A stretch of 64,000 bases of DNA from Vicugna vicugna (lineage: Eukaryota): assembly GCA_013265495.1 (NCBI GenBank), contig MU058009.1, forward strand, positions 2,172,001 to 2,236,000, given 5' to 3'. The position numbers and the translations under genes were made by a program. The notes below the pieces were generated by a model. The model was given only the letters and a program-made list of their open reading frames with translations, did no database searches and was not told the origin of the DNA. Below, piece by piece: positions 40,179 through 51,912 of the stretch. Within the stretch, counting starts at the first letter, position 1. Every line of letters starts with the position of its first letter.

Positions 40179-40197
40179 CACTGCCATCTGGTGGAGC
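40179..40197 (-). promoter_or_regulatory. CTCF motif
   Basis: Reverse complement GCTCCACCAGATGGCAGTG contains a perfect CCASYAGRKGGCRS core; local CpG retention. Confidence 0.7.
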
Positions 40198-40642
40198 GGG
40201 GCCCGTGGGCTGGCTTTCATCCTCTGATGTTGCCCGTGTCTTGACATATGTTTGCTCCCGACTCCCGCTGATTTTCCTGACAGCTGTCCAAATCCAGGGG
40301 CGAGATCCATGTAGGCCCAGGCCTTTGCAAAATACTGCGGGAGGCAGAAAATTGTCTTCGATTTTCTCCTGCTTTGCCTTTCAACGGTGCCAGCAGCTTG
40401 GTGTCCCCTCTTCTGGACGAAAACTTGAATTCCATTCATCCAATTAACTTCCCTCTCCCTTTTCCAAGTTCCCTTTATTTGCACAGAACTCATGGTTTAG
40501 AAATATCTGCTGAAACTACTTTCTCATTGGATTCTCACGCAAGATTTTGGAGTAGCCTGGTCTACACTGTTAACCTCACCAACAAAAAGTTATTGATTAT
40601 TGATTGTGCTCAATACCGGGAACTGAGTACAGAGACGGAAAG

Positions 40643-40925
40643 ACTGGGGCTGGCTTAATCCAGGGGTGCCTGGAGGCCTGGAGGCCACGGTACTTCTAGG
40701 GACCCAAGAAAATGTTTTAATTTCTTTGAAAATCAGAACAAAAAATGAACTGTTAGGTGGAAGAAAATGTTTACTCTGTAAAATTAATAGATTCAGCTTT
40801 ATGCCAATGCAAATTTTTAATACAATTTTAATATTTTAAAAGCAGACTTTTTGGTATTTTTATGGAGGAAGACGTCTGTGAAAGTAAAATTGCCTAGGAG
40901 CCACAACAATCATGATGCAACCCTG
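40643..40925. mobile_element. Non-autonomous hAT-like DNA transposon relic
   Basis: Ends (GGGGCTGGCTTA / TGATGCAACCCTG) resemble degenerate CAGGG TIRs around an AT-rich body. Confidence 0.35.
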
Positions 40926-41009
40926 AACAAGACAGGAATGAAATTAGACAGACAGCTATGCAAATGACAGTAACAGGAAGAGGTACCTATTAACAATGTC
41001 GCCCTGTTT

Positions 41010-41865
41010 CCCCAGCCCTGACCCTCGGCAGCCTCTTTCTACTCTCTGTTTCTGTAAGAATGAGATTGACCTTTTTTTTTTTTTTAGATTCCACATATAA
41101 GTGATACCATGCAGTATTTGTCTTTTTCAGTCAGACTCAATGCCCTCATTTCGCAGCAAATGGCACGGTTTCCTTCTTTCTCATGGCTAAATTATATATA
41201 TATATATCTACATATGTATTACATATCTCACGACTTCTTTATCCACCCGCCCATGGATGGACACTTCGGTTGCTTCTATGTCTCTGCTATTTTGAATGAT
41301 CATTGTTGTGAATAATAAACCCCGGGGAGGTGCAGCTGCCCCTTCCGTGCTCTGCTTTCATTCCTGCCGGTATTTACCCAGAAGTGGGATTGCTGGATCG
41401 CATGGCAGCTCTACTTTTATTTTTATTTTTTTTAGTGATTGTTAGATTGGTTTACTTATGAAAAATGTCTATTCGGTTCTTCCATCCATTTTTTAAATCA
41501 GACTGGTTTTTGCCGTTGAGGTACATAAGTCCTTTATGTATTTTGGATATTAACCCTTGTCAGACATATGATTGGCAGGCATTCTCTCCCATTCTGTAGC
41601 CTGTCTCTTAACTGTGTGGATGGTGTCCTGTGCTGTGCAGAAGCTCTTTAGTCTGGTGCAGTCCCCACTCATTTATGTTTCTTTGGTTGCCTTTGCTTTT
41701 GGTGTCAAAGCCAGAAAATCTTTGCTGAGACGTGTCCAGAAGCTTGCCCCTTAAGTTTCCCTCCAGGAGTTTTATGGCTTCAGGTCTTATAATCAAGTCT
41801 TTAATCCATTTTGGGTTGATTTTTGTGTAGGGAATAAGGTAGACATCCAGTTTCATTCTGTGCAG
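41010..41865 (-). mobile_element. L1 fragment (ORF2 3' part and 3'UTR, internally deleted)
   Basis: Minus-strand ORF MKLDVYLIPYTKINPKWIKDLIIRPEAIKLLEGN resembles L1 ORF2p; TTTTAGATTCCACATATAAGTGATACCATGCAGTATTTGTC. Confidence 0.88.
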
Positions 41866-42179
41866 TGGGATGTAAGTTTTTACTGTTTATTTTGGCTTTC
41901 AATTTGTCCCACTGTCGTCTAGCAGAAGCCCCTCCCTGCTGGCCCCTGTGCCCTTTGACACGCCCCCATGGGTGTTTTAGTTGCTGCAGGATGCTCCAGG
42001 CTCATCTTGTACTTTGTCTGCCCCAGCCCTAGAATTAGCCACTTCTTTACACGGGGAATGGTATTTGGAAGCCAAGGTCTGGGTATGTTAAGCGGGCTCA
42101 GTGCTTTTGAGGTCTTGCTTCCCTAAAGCAGTCTTAGTAGACAAAGCTAGAAGTTATATGTATATCCACACACACATAC

Positions 42180-43038
42180 TGCTATGGACTGAATTTGAGA
42201 CAGGAGGGAAAGGGGCAGAGCACAACCATTAAAAGAATGACACAGCAATTGAGGATGGGACTTAAACTGGTTAGAACCAACCAGGCCCAAGATGGCAGAG
42301 GACTGGACTCCCAGTGGACCCTGAGCCTCATTACACACTCACCGTCATACAGTAGCTGCTGAATGGCACTCCCACAGCTGCCACGAAAGTTCCAACGCTG
42401 GCCATGAAGGGCCATAAGGTGGGCAGTGGCCCAATTCCTGGAAACCCCTGTCCCTTCCCCAAAACAGTTGGAGTAGTCCTCTCATGTGTTAGCATCTGAA
42501 GTTGCTGAGCCCATTGAAACGAAACAGCCCCACGCCTTGTTGCCTCTCTGGCCTTCTGAGATGGTCTGCACTCTATGGAGTGTGTACGTCCCCGGATAAA
42601 TCTACTTTCATTTTACTGTGGCTGGCTCTTGAATTTTTTCTGCACGAAGCCAAGGACCCTCAATTATCAGAGTGCATCCCAGGGACTTGCCCGAGACCTA
42701 GGACATGACCATCATCTCGAACCTCATTTTCCTGCAACAAATTGAGTCCATCCTAAATTCATATGTTGAGTTGAATTCATATGTTGAACTAACCCCAAGT
42801 GTGATGGTATTTGGAGATGGGGCCTTGGAAAGTAGTTAGATGAGGTCATGCTGGTGGGGACCTTGTGATGAGATAAGTGGCTTTAAGAAGAGGAAGAGAT
42901 CTGTCTCTCCCTCTCACTCTCTCCCCCACAGTAAGAAGGTGATTTTCTGCAAGCCAGGAGGATAGCTCTCACCAGGAACTGAATAGCCCAGCACCTTGAT
43001 CTTGGACTTCCCAGTCTCTAGAACTGTGGGAAATAAAC
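42180..43038 (+). mobile_element. MLT1 (MaLR) LTR interrupted by an ERV LTR
   Basis: TGCTATGGACTGAATT|...|GAGTCCATCCTAAATTCATATGTTGA...GGTATTTGGAGATGGGGCC...CTAGAACTGTGGGAAATAAA. Confidence 0.82.
42196..42739 (+). mobile_element. Solo ERV LTR (ERV1-type)
   Basis: 544 bp TG...CA bounded by 4-bp TSD AATT (42192-42195, 42740-42743); CAAGATGGC YY1-like site; GATAAA near 42595 (degenerate poly(A) signal). Confidence 0.82.
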
Positions 43039-44599
43039 CCCCAATTCCAATCCAACAACAGGGTATCCCTTGGAGCTTTCCCTCTTTTAAAATTTAAGAT
43101 TCCCTTCTCTGACAATGAAAACTGTGATTCCCAGTATCCTCAATATTTTCGCTTATTTGCTCAAACATCCTGTGCAACCAATCTTTTCACCCCCTGGGTC
43201 CCACTTGGCCACCTTCCTCACTCTGTCCTCAACCACCTGCTACACCACCTCTCTGCCCAACCTCCTCCTTTGCTTGGGCCTGCCTGGTAGCTCTTCTATT
43301 GTGTTATTTAAGAAGGAAGTAAGCTTATATTATTTAAAACGTGTATTTAAACTTATTTTGAAATAGAAATTCACAGTTCTCTTCGTGGATAAGATTTTGC
43401 TGTGCTTTCTTATCTGTAGGGATGTTATTTTGTTCCTTATTCTTTTTTTTTTTAATCTTGTAAGAATTTCCATGGGATTTGACCTTGATGCTTTTCTGTT
43501 GCTATTTTTTAATGAGAAGTTAGTTCTCCTAAGTTTTCAGAAGGAGGCTCAGTTGAGAGTGGCTTTCTGGCTTCACAGCGGTGTTAGCAAATGTGGGGGC
43601 TTGCTTTCTGAGGTTTCCTTTCTCTCTCCCTTCCCCTCTACTTTATCTTGGCCTTCTCTTCCTTTGTCTTTATTGTCCCTGTCCTGTGAAATTTTGATTT
43701 CACTCTTGAGACTGTCTCCTTAGTGTGGGTCCTATTCTGGGAGTCTTGGAGGGTCAGTTCTGAGGGCTCCAGAGGCTGGGCTCCCCAGACCTTGCCATTT
43801 CTCCCTTGGACTCCTTTCCCTCACCTACTGTTGGGCTAAACTATTATCCATGTAAACGGCACCACCTTGGGGTTAAAACTTCTCAGGTTTGGGTGCTGTT
43901 CTTCAGTTAGACCATCGCACTTGTCAGGGAGTACCAACTGCTGCTTGGGGGTTCACCTTTGGCCAACTCGTCAGATGGCCCCTTGCTTCCCCCTGCATAC
44001 AAGCCAGTGCCCTGCAGGTCTTGTGCTGTGGCTGGGCCGCCCTCAGTGCTTGCGCTCGGGAGTTCATGGGGCTACCTTGTCACTTAGTTTCCCTGCAAAT
44101 GCTGTCTGTCGGTTTGGTCTTCCTATTGGTTACTCTTTCTGCTTTCATGTGGGGACTCAGAGTGAAACACTAGGCTGTCATTACATAACCTTTCCCGTTT
44201 CCATGTCCTTGTCCAACTTGCATGTTTAGTTTGTACAAGAGCCAAATGAATCGTTGAGAATGATTACAAATGAGGCAAACTTAGTCAAGTAGTGGGGCTG
44301 GTCAGAGCTGCGCTTCTGGACCCAGCGTCCTTCCCGGAGCAAGTCAGCGCGGCTTCTGGGTTGCTGGTGGGCAACCACTTACTAAGCACCCCCCCCCCCC
44401 GCCCCGCACCTCCACAACTCCTGTCAGAAAAGTAAGCAGAAGCAGTTTGTCCTGGGGAGGGAGGAATAAAGGGTTACCTTACGGTCCTGTCTCGGGGCCA
44501 TGTCCAGTCTCCTGTTCTTTGGCACGATGTAGCCTAGAAGAGCTCCAGCATCCTGCTCTCCCGCAGGACAGCACGCTGGCCCTTGACATCGATGGTATT

Positions 44600-45450
44600 T
44601 TTCTAGTCGCACCTGGAAGCAAGCATTAGAAAGCGCTCTGGTAAGACGCGTGCGCGCTGGAGGCTGGGCTCGCAAAAGCGCCTGTTGCACCGAGTCCTCG
44701 GGGCTCTGTGGCCCGGGCCCGATGGAGCGTCCCTGTTAAGCGAGGCGCCTGGCGCTGCTCTCCTCAAAGGAAGCGCGCCCGTCTGCGGGCCTCTGGGTCC
44801 TGCGGTCACAGCTGGCGCCTCCTGCGCGGCCCCGGCGCGTGCACGGGCCCGAACGAGGCGTCCTGGCGGAGGCGCCGGCTTCGTTTCCAACTGTCCCACC
44901 AGTGTCACTGCAAGATCCAGCCGACCTCAATCCGTGGTGTCTCTGGCAGGCGGGATGCCGTGCGCAACCCCCGGCCGGCTCCCGCAGGGCAGCCCGGGGC
45001 AGCGCCACGCTCTCCGCTGCCAGCAAGCATTCTCTTTCTGAGAATCCGGCCAGCTTGCTGCTGGGCCTGGGCAGAGACGGGTGTCCGACGGCGGGACGCC
45101 AGGCGATGACACACCCTGAGCTACGCGCCTTGAACGCAGTCTCAGCTGCGCGACTGAAGTGTAACCCGGGCCCGCAGCGCGGCTGCCCGCGCAGGACGGG
45201 AACCGCGTGTCCCAGGCCACCTGCCGCTGTGCGGTTCACAACCGTGCCCTGCTCTGCCCAGTTCCTGCGGGCTGCGAGCGCAGCAGGGCCTGGCCGGCGG
45301 TTCAGCCGCTCCGCGGGCGTCTCCGTGCTGGGAGGTCACTGGCGGGGCTGGGCCGATAATTCACAGGGGTTTCCTTCACGTCCGCGGCTCCTTGCGGCCC
45401 CTCCCGGCGGCCACTCTCCCGCCACACGGCTGATCTGGGTTTCCTCATGG
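44600..45450. promoter_or_regulatory. Orphan CpG island ~16 kb upstream of BARX2
   Basis: ~850 bp CpG-dense stretch with overlapping low-complexity ORFs in many frames and no protein similarity recognised. Confidence 0.65.
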
Positions 45451-46081
45451 CCCTGGGGTCTGTCAGGGTGGCCGGACTTCTTACGTGGTGAGGGGCTTCC
45501 AGAGAGAAACAGTGGACTTGCCAGTTCTCGAGTGCCAGCCCAGTGCTGCCACAGGGGCACTTCTGCCGCTGCGCTCTGTCACAGTGGGTCAAAGGCAACT
45601 CGGTTCATGGGAGAAAGGAAATAGACTCAGCTTCTTGACGAGAGAAACAGCAAAGAATCTGTGGCCACTGCACCTAGGAAATCCTATGGCTCATAAGTCT
45701 CAGAGTCCCCTGTTCCTTTTCTCACCAGCTGTTGTCACAGGTGGCACCCCAAAACTCAGTGGCTGAAAACAGCAATCAGCCGTGCACGTGGATTGGCAGG
45801 TTGGCGGATCCTGGCTGAACATGGCTGGGTAATTGGTTCTCCCCTGCACGGCCCCCACCGTCCTGCTGGGAGCAGTGCCCCGGACAGGCCTGCTCTTCTC
45901 AGGCGAGACCAGAGGCGAAGGAGCACAAGTAGAAACGGGAACAGTCTCGAGTCCAGACAGACCCGTTGCTTCTGCGTCATTCTGTTGGCCAAACAAGTCA
46001 CATCACTGACAGGAAAGATGCTGAAAAAGTACATGACAAGTGGCAGGGATACAGGGAAGGTCAAGATTGGGGGCCAATCAT

Positions 46082-46673
46082 ATATCTGGAAAAAACTCTA
46101 ATTCAAAAAGACACACACACCCCAATATTCACAGCAGCACTATTTACAATAGCCAAGACATGGAAGCAACCTAAATGTCCGTCGACAGATGACTGGATAG
46201 AGAAGATGTGGCATATGTACACAGTGGAATACTACTCAGTCATAAAAAATAATAAAATAATGCCATTTGCAACATGGATGGACCTGGAGATTGTCATACT
46301 AAGTAAGTCAGACAGAGAAAGACAAATATCATATGGTATCACTGATATGCGGAATCTTAAACATGATATAAATGATCTTATTTGCAAAACAGAAACAGAC
46401 TCTCAGACACAGAAAACAAACTTACGGTTACCAAAGGGGAAAGGGGGTGGGGGAGGGATAAATCAGGAGTTTAAAATTAGCAGATACAAACTACTATATA
46501 TAAAATAGATAAATGACAAAGTCCTACTGTATAGCACAGGGAACTATATTCAGTATCTTGTAATAAACCATACTGGAAAAGAATATATACATACATATGC
46601 ATAAGTGAATCATTTTGCTGTACACCTGGGACTAACACAACACTGTAAATCAACTATACTTTAATAAAAAGAA
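46082..46673 (+). mobile_element. 5'-truncated L1 (ORF2 C-terminus and 3'UTR)
   Basis: Encodes KDTHTPIFTAALFTIAKTWKQPKCPSTDDWIEKMWHMYTVEYYS (L1 ORF2p). AATAAA at 46663. TSD TTGGGGGCCAATCAT at 46067-46081 and 46677-46691. Confidence 0.95.
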
Positions 46674-47189
46674 AGCTTGGGGGCCAATCATGCAATCTAC
46701 AACAGCACTTGAAGAGAACGGGGCAGATGGTGAGGTGGGAGATGGGAGCACTAACCAGCTCTGGTAGTGCCCGAGGGGTCTGCATTTTATTCCAGGGGAG
46801 GGCTTGAAGCAGGGAAGAGCCGGACCCTGAATACCTGATCATCTACGTCTCCTGCTTTTTCTTCCTTAGGAACACTTTTCACCTGATGCCCCACAAATAC
46901 AGAGCTTCCAGTTCTTTGTGTCTTCCTGACAACTCAGGCCGAGATGACTTACACACATTGACTCCTTCATCAATCTCAACTCGACTTTCTCAAGGGAACA
47001 TCTCACGAATTCCCCAGGAGGATTTAGGACCCCTCCTCCCCCCAGCGCACCTTGTGGAAGCCCACCTCCCTGACAGTCTTTGTCCTGCCTTGGAATCGTC
47101 AGTTTTCCTGGTGATCACAGCCATCACCTTGGGGTGCCGTCACTGTACTGGTGCTTGACGTATGCATTTTCTAAACCTCTGACGACTTT

Positions 47190-47805
47190 GCTGGATTCAT
47201 CTTCTCTGGCTGTGTACCACAGTTCCACAAACACAGCTGCTTAGAACAGCATCTGTGTCTCAGCTTGTGGTTCCGTAGGTCAGAAGTCCAGCACCCCAAG
47301 GCTGTAGGCGCCATTCAAGGTATCAGAAAGCTGACATCAAGGTGGCAATGCATTCTTATCTGGAGGCTCTGGTGGAAAATTTGCTTCTGCGCTCAGTCTT
47401 GTGGTTTCCAGAATTCTGTTCCTTGCAGCTGTAGATCTGAGGTCCCGGAATCCCTGCTGGCAACCATGCAAGGGCTGATCTCAGCTGTGCAGGCTGCCCA
47501 CGCTCCTGGCTGCAGAGCCCTCTCAGTCATCAAGCCAGCAAGAGTGCACTGAACTCTTCTTTTGTTTCAAGTCTCTGACTCTGACTTTTGGCCCCAATTT
47601 AAAGCTTCATGTGATCAGGCCAGACCCACCAGATTATCTCCTTATCTTAAGGTCAGCTGATTTAGGAACTTAATTACATCTGCAAAATTGCTCTTGCCAT
47701 GTAATCCCAGAGTTGATATACCATCATAATCACAGTGCCAGGCACTGTTCAGGGTGTGTATACCAGGGGGCAGCAATCTTGGGGATATCTTAGAATTCTA
47801 TCACA
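47190..47805 (-). mobile_element. MLT1 (older subfamily) LTR
   Basis: GTAGGTCAGAAGTCCAG...TGGAGGCTCTG...CTTAATTACATCTGCAAAAT...GATATCTTAGAATTC. Confidence 0.75.
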
Positions 47806-47943
47806 CTTGCCAAAGATTATTTTACATTTTTGTGTCCTTTGCTAAATATCCCTGAATTTATATGATGAAGATTATCTGTTTCTTTCATTTTTTTCCCAGG
47901 CTGTTTTTAGACTCCTCTGTTTTGGGAGCAGTGTTGGCACTGT

Positions 47944-48317
47944 TGCTGTGGACTGAGTTGTGCGTGCCCCCCCCCATTCATACATTGAAGCCCTAACACC
48001 TAATATGATAGTATTTGGAGATGGGGCCTCTGCAAGTCTTGAGGATGGGCCCCTCATGATGGAATTAATACCCTTATAAGAAGAAGCACCAAAGAGCTTG
48101 CTTGCTCTCTCTCCATCCTCACACACCAAGGAAAGGCCATGTAAGGACACAGCGAGAAGGAAGCCATCTGCAACCCAAGGCGAGAGCCGTCACCAGGCAT
48201 GGACCCTGCTGGTACCTTGATCTTGGACTTCTAGGCTCCAGAACTGTGAGAAACAAATTCCCATTGTGCAGTCTACCCAGGTTATGGCATAATGTCATGG
48301 ATGCCTGAGCAAAGACA
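47944..48317 (+). mobile_element. MLT1 LTR
   Basis: TGCTGTGGACTGAG...TATTTGGAGATGGGGCC...CCTTGATCTTGGACTTC...AGAACTGTGAGAAACAAA...AAGACA. Confidence 0.85.
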
Positions 48318-48455
48318 ACAATTTACAGTGAGCATCTGTGCGGTCCACAGTGGACAAAACTGAAGCTGGCTCCCCAAAATCCCCTAGGGTATTTTGCTCA
48401 TTCTGTAATTTGCCTAAATAAGCCAGTTATTAACTTCTCAGGACATCTGAAAACA

Positions 48456-48785
48456 TTTTATTTATTTATTTTTAATATTGAAGTATAGTTGGTTTACAGT
48501 ACTATGTTAGTTTCAGGTGTGCAGCATAGTGATTCAATAGTTTTACAGATTATCCTCCATTAAAAGTTATAAAAAGATAGTGGCTATGATTCCCTGTGCT
48601 ACCATATATCCTTGTTGCTTATTTATTCTATACATAATAGTTTATATCTCTTAATTTCATATCCCTGGTTCCCCCCACACACTTCCCCCTCCCCTTTGGT
48701 AACCACTAGATTGTTCTCTGTATCTGTGGCTCTGTTTCTCATTCGCATATACATTTGTTTGTATGATTTTTAGATTCCACACATT
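48456..48785 (-). mobile_element. L1 3' end (cetartiodactyl type)
   Basis: TATTGAAGTATAGTTGGTTTACA...TTTTTAGATTCCACA; reverse-similar to the 3' part of 46082-46673. Confidence 0.88.
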
Positions 48786-48796
48786 GAAAGCAATTT

Positions 48797-49335
48797 TGAA
48801 AATTGAGCTACCACACACACAGAGTACACAGATCTTACGTGTGAGGCTCCCTGGACGTTTATAAAGCTGCAAACCCGTGTAACTCCCCCCAGGTCAGGGC
48901 AGAGAACACGTCCAGCACCTCAGAACGCTCCCTCCTCCACTGCCCAGGCAGTACCATGTGCCGACGTTAGATAGTATTCTGATTTATGTCACTATAGGTT
49001 AGTTTAGCCTCTTCTCAAAAACAGTAGGAATGGAATCAGAAATTCTACATCTAAGAATACACCCAGGAGAACTGAAAATACACGATCATACAAAATCTTA
49101 CATGTGAATGTAACCTAGCAGCCTTATATGTGATAGTCAAAAACTGGAAACAGCCCAAAATAGTCATCAGCTAGAGAATGGATAAATAAAAGGTTACATT
49201 CATACAACACAGCGACAGACCAGTAACAACTGCCAGGTAGGCAACATGCGTGAATTCCACAGACAAAATCTCCAGTGACAGAAGCCAGGCACCGCAGATG
49301 AATAAAGTACTTCTCTTCCATTACGTGCATCCTGT
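48797..49335. mobile_element. Two old L1M fragments in opposite orientation
   Basis: Minus-strand L1ME-like 3' end (~48797-49040) abuts plus-strand ORF2 end (AAAACTGGAAACAGCCCAAA...GAATGGATAAATAAA). Confidence 0.6.
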
Positions 49336-49822
49336 GATTAATATTTTACCTCTTACGTATTCCTTGTTCAGTCAGACCCTCTAATCTTTTTTTTTTAAAG
49401 AATGTTTACAACCTCAATTAATATATTAATATATCATTTATAAATTCTGAGTACTGTAAGTGTGCCCCACCCGTAAAAGCTGGATATTTTAAAATATGGT
49501 CTAACATAGACAAATACAGGTAATTAAAATGTAAAAGTACCAGCAATACACATTGCTGAATATACGACACGTCTACCACCGTAAGCTAATTGATCTCTGA
49601 GACAAACTAACTTGGGAAAGTGGGCGGTTTACCTATGGCTGAGGTCCCCAGTCTGAGGCTGGACAGAGCTGCACTCTCTCTTAACCCACCGTGTGCAGCT
49701 CAGTCCTGGATCTTGGAATCGTGCATGGACTTTCTGCTTGTAATAAGAGCTATTTTTATATCCTCCTTTGCTGAATGCCCTGATTAACTAGAAGTGGAAT
49801 TAAGGTGTCTAAAATTACTTTA

Positions 49823-50004
49823 TTTTTTAAATATATTTTTATTGAAGTACAGTCAGTTTACAATGTTGTGTCAATTCTGGTGCACAGCACGTCAGTCATA
49901 TAGTAACATACATACATTCGTTCTCATACTCTTCACCATAGGTTGCTACAAGATACCGAATATGGTTCCCTGTGTTGCACAGTATAAACGTGTTGTTTAT
50001 CTAT
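49823..50004 (-). mobile_element. L1 3'UTR terminal fragment
   Basis: TTTTTATTGAAGTACAGTCAGTTTACAATGTTGTG.... TSD TCTAAAATTA(C/T)TTTA at 49808-49822 and 50005-50019. Confidence 0.88.
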
Positions 50005-50292
50005 TCTAAAATTATTTTAGATGGAGAATTCAAATCCTGGAGAGACTATTAGGACTAAAACTAGAGTTTAGGATCAGCAAAGAAAAAAGGTGTCCCTCTA
50101 TCTGCTTTACTATTTCAGGAAAGAATAGCAACTAGAGACACTTCTGACACAGAATTGGGGTCAAGGAGCCCCCGGCGCGGAGAAGAGGGGAACTTGTTAG
50201 CTATTGGGGGGAATTCCTTAAATGCGTGCATTGAACAGCGGCGGAAGCCCGTCTGTGCCCAGGCGATGCTCTGAGACCGCGCGGACTTTCTC

Positions 50293-50362
50293 CTGCCACT
50301 AGGGGGAGACGTGACTCCACAGCGCAGACGCAGCTCTGCCTTTGGTCCGGCAGGGGGCAGTG
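50293..50362 (+). promoter_or_regulatory. Tandem pair of CTCF motifs
   Basis: CCACTAGGGGGAGA (50296-50309) and CCGGCAGGGGGCAG (50347-50360), in a small CpG-rich patch (~50170-50530). Confidence 0.7.
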
Positions 50363-50864
50363 CCGGCCACACCGCCGGCCCGAGACAGCGCGGCTCCCAG
50401 AGAATCTGCTCCGATTCCGGGCAGGGTCGCTCCAAAGCCAAGCCGGCTTGGCCCTAAAGCTCCGTCAGGCGCCGGGCTCGACGGCTGGGAGGTGAAAAAC
50501 TCGGGAGAACGCAGAGAAGGCCCGTTGGCCATCTACACTCTACATGATTATCGACTCACTTCCCTTGCTCATGAAACTTCTGTTAACTTTTGACAGGTGA
50601 TTGGGACTGTCTATATTTAGAGTAACCAAAGCCGCAGGACACATGAGATGGTTAGGGTTACCCTCCCGGACCTTAGATATTTCCTGACTTTAATATGTTT
50701 TCGTATCAGCCTTCTTCATGTTGATTTATCTCGGTTGCATCAAGTGCTGAGCATTTTTTTAAATGTGGGGGAGAAATGAAAAACAGACCCTCATAAAGCT
50801 GTAACACCCCCTCCCTTTTGTTTCTTGAAAACTATAACTGGGGTCAGGGAGGAATCATTGTCCA

Positions 50865-51080
50865 GCAGAGGGTATGGCAAACTTGGACTCAGAAGACCTG
50901 GGTCTGAGACTAGGATCCGAAACCTCATGGGCTGTGGACCACTTACCCTGTTTCCTCCTCTGTGAAACAGAAGTGATGAGACGCCCTTTATCACTCACAG
51001 GACTTTTGTCAGCCTCCCGTAACATCAGGCCCTTGGACATTTTCTGTAAATGGAAGTGTTCTGCGCATGTAAGATATTAT
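50865..51080 (+). mobile_element. MIR SINE
   Basis: GGACTCAGAAGACCTGGGTCTGAG...TGTTTCCTCCTCTGTGAAA. Confidence 0.65.
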
Positions 51081-51477
51081 TGAAATGCACTTTATAGTTT
51101 TGAACTTAAATGCAATGTTTTTGAGGGAAAATGATAAATGTTCATTGTAAGGCACTGCAAACAATACTCAAAAGGACAGAAAGGAAAGTGAGTCCTTCAA
51201 GATTCTGCTATCAAGAAAGTGTCACTGTTACTATTTGAACATGGCTTCACACAACTCTGTATGCGCATGTCCACTAGTAACTAGCATACGTGCATAAATA
51301 ATGTTTCAAAATTAAATTATATGATACAGTCTATTATTTAAATGCCTTTTTCCTCCCGCTCGACATTGCATGATAGCTAACATTTACTGGTCTTTAACAA
51401 TGTGTCAGGCATTGTCTAAGCCTTTTAAGTGAATCCTTCTTTAATATCACAGCAGTGGCATCCAGTATGTACTTTTA

Positions 51478-51605
51478 AAAAAAGTTTCTTTTTTAGGGGG
51501 GAGGTAATTATTTACTTGTTTGAATGGAGGTCCTGGGGACTGAACCCAGGATGCTGCGCATGCTGAGCAGGCAGTCTACCACTGAGGTGTACCCTCCCCC
51601 CTTGG
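51478..51605 (-). mobile_element. vic-1 SINE with TSD, inserted in a MIR
   Basis: GGGGGGAGGTAATTA...GGGGACTGAACCCAGG...TACCACTGAGGTGTACCCTCCCC. TSD GTATGTACTTTTA at 51465-51477 and 51606-51618. Confidence 0.9.
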
Positions 51606-51779
51606 GTATGTACTTTTATTGTAAAGACAGGGAACGGAGGTTCAGAAAGCTAAAATAACAGGCTTTACAATTTCCTGCAACTTTAAGAAATCTAACAACT
51701 AACATATTTGCTTCTGCTTATGGCTTTTCCTACTTCTGTTACAATCTCTTTAGCACCCTGCTTGTTAGTAGCCAAAGCA

Positions 51780-51912
51780 AGAGGGCTGCTTGTTTTAAAA
51801 TGTCAGTTCTCACACCTACAGGTCTCTGGGGAAGAGACTTAGGAGCTGGAAATTTTTAAACAAGCTCTTCCTGGAGGTTGTTATGTGCACGATCGTGTTT
51901 AAGAACCACAAC
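51780..51912. mobile_element. MER5-like relic
   Basis: ATTTTTAAACAAGCTCTTCCTGGAGGTTGTTATGTGCAC...TTTAAGAACCAC. Confidence 0.55.

Larger units (their letters stand above)
41880..43165 (-). mobile_element. Old L1 (L1MC/MD-like) 3' region split by LTR insertions
   Basis: GGATGCTCCAGGCTCATCTTGTACTTT...CCAGCCCTAGAATTAGCCA (to ~42178) resumes at ~43040 with AATTCCAATCCAACAACAGGG. Confidence 0.6.

Noticed and set aside
44685..45624. Multiple long overlapping ORFs (up to 261 aa)
   Set aside because: Open in many frames on both strands, typical of a CpG island; no recognisable protein.
45966..46508. 180-aa ORF
   Set aside because: L1 ORF2 C-terminus and 3'UTR of a TSD-bounded truncated insertion, with a non-ATG start in flanking DNA; not a host gene.
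47755..47775. CTCF-like ATACCAGGGGGCAG; also weak matches near 57450 and 60622
   Set aside because: Mismatches at high-information positions; the first is ordinary MLT1 sequence.
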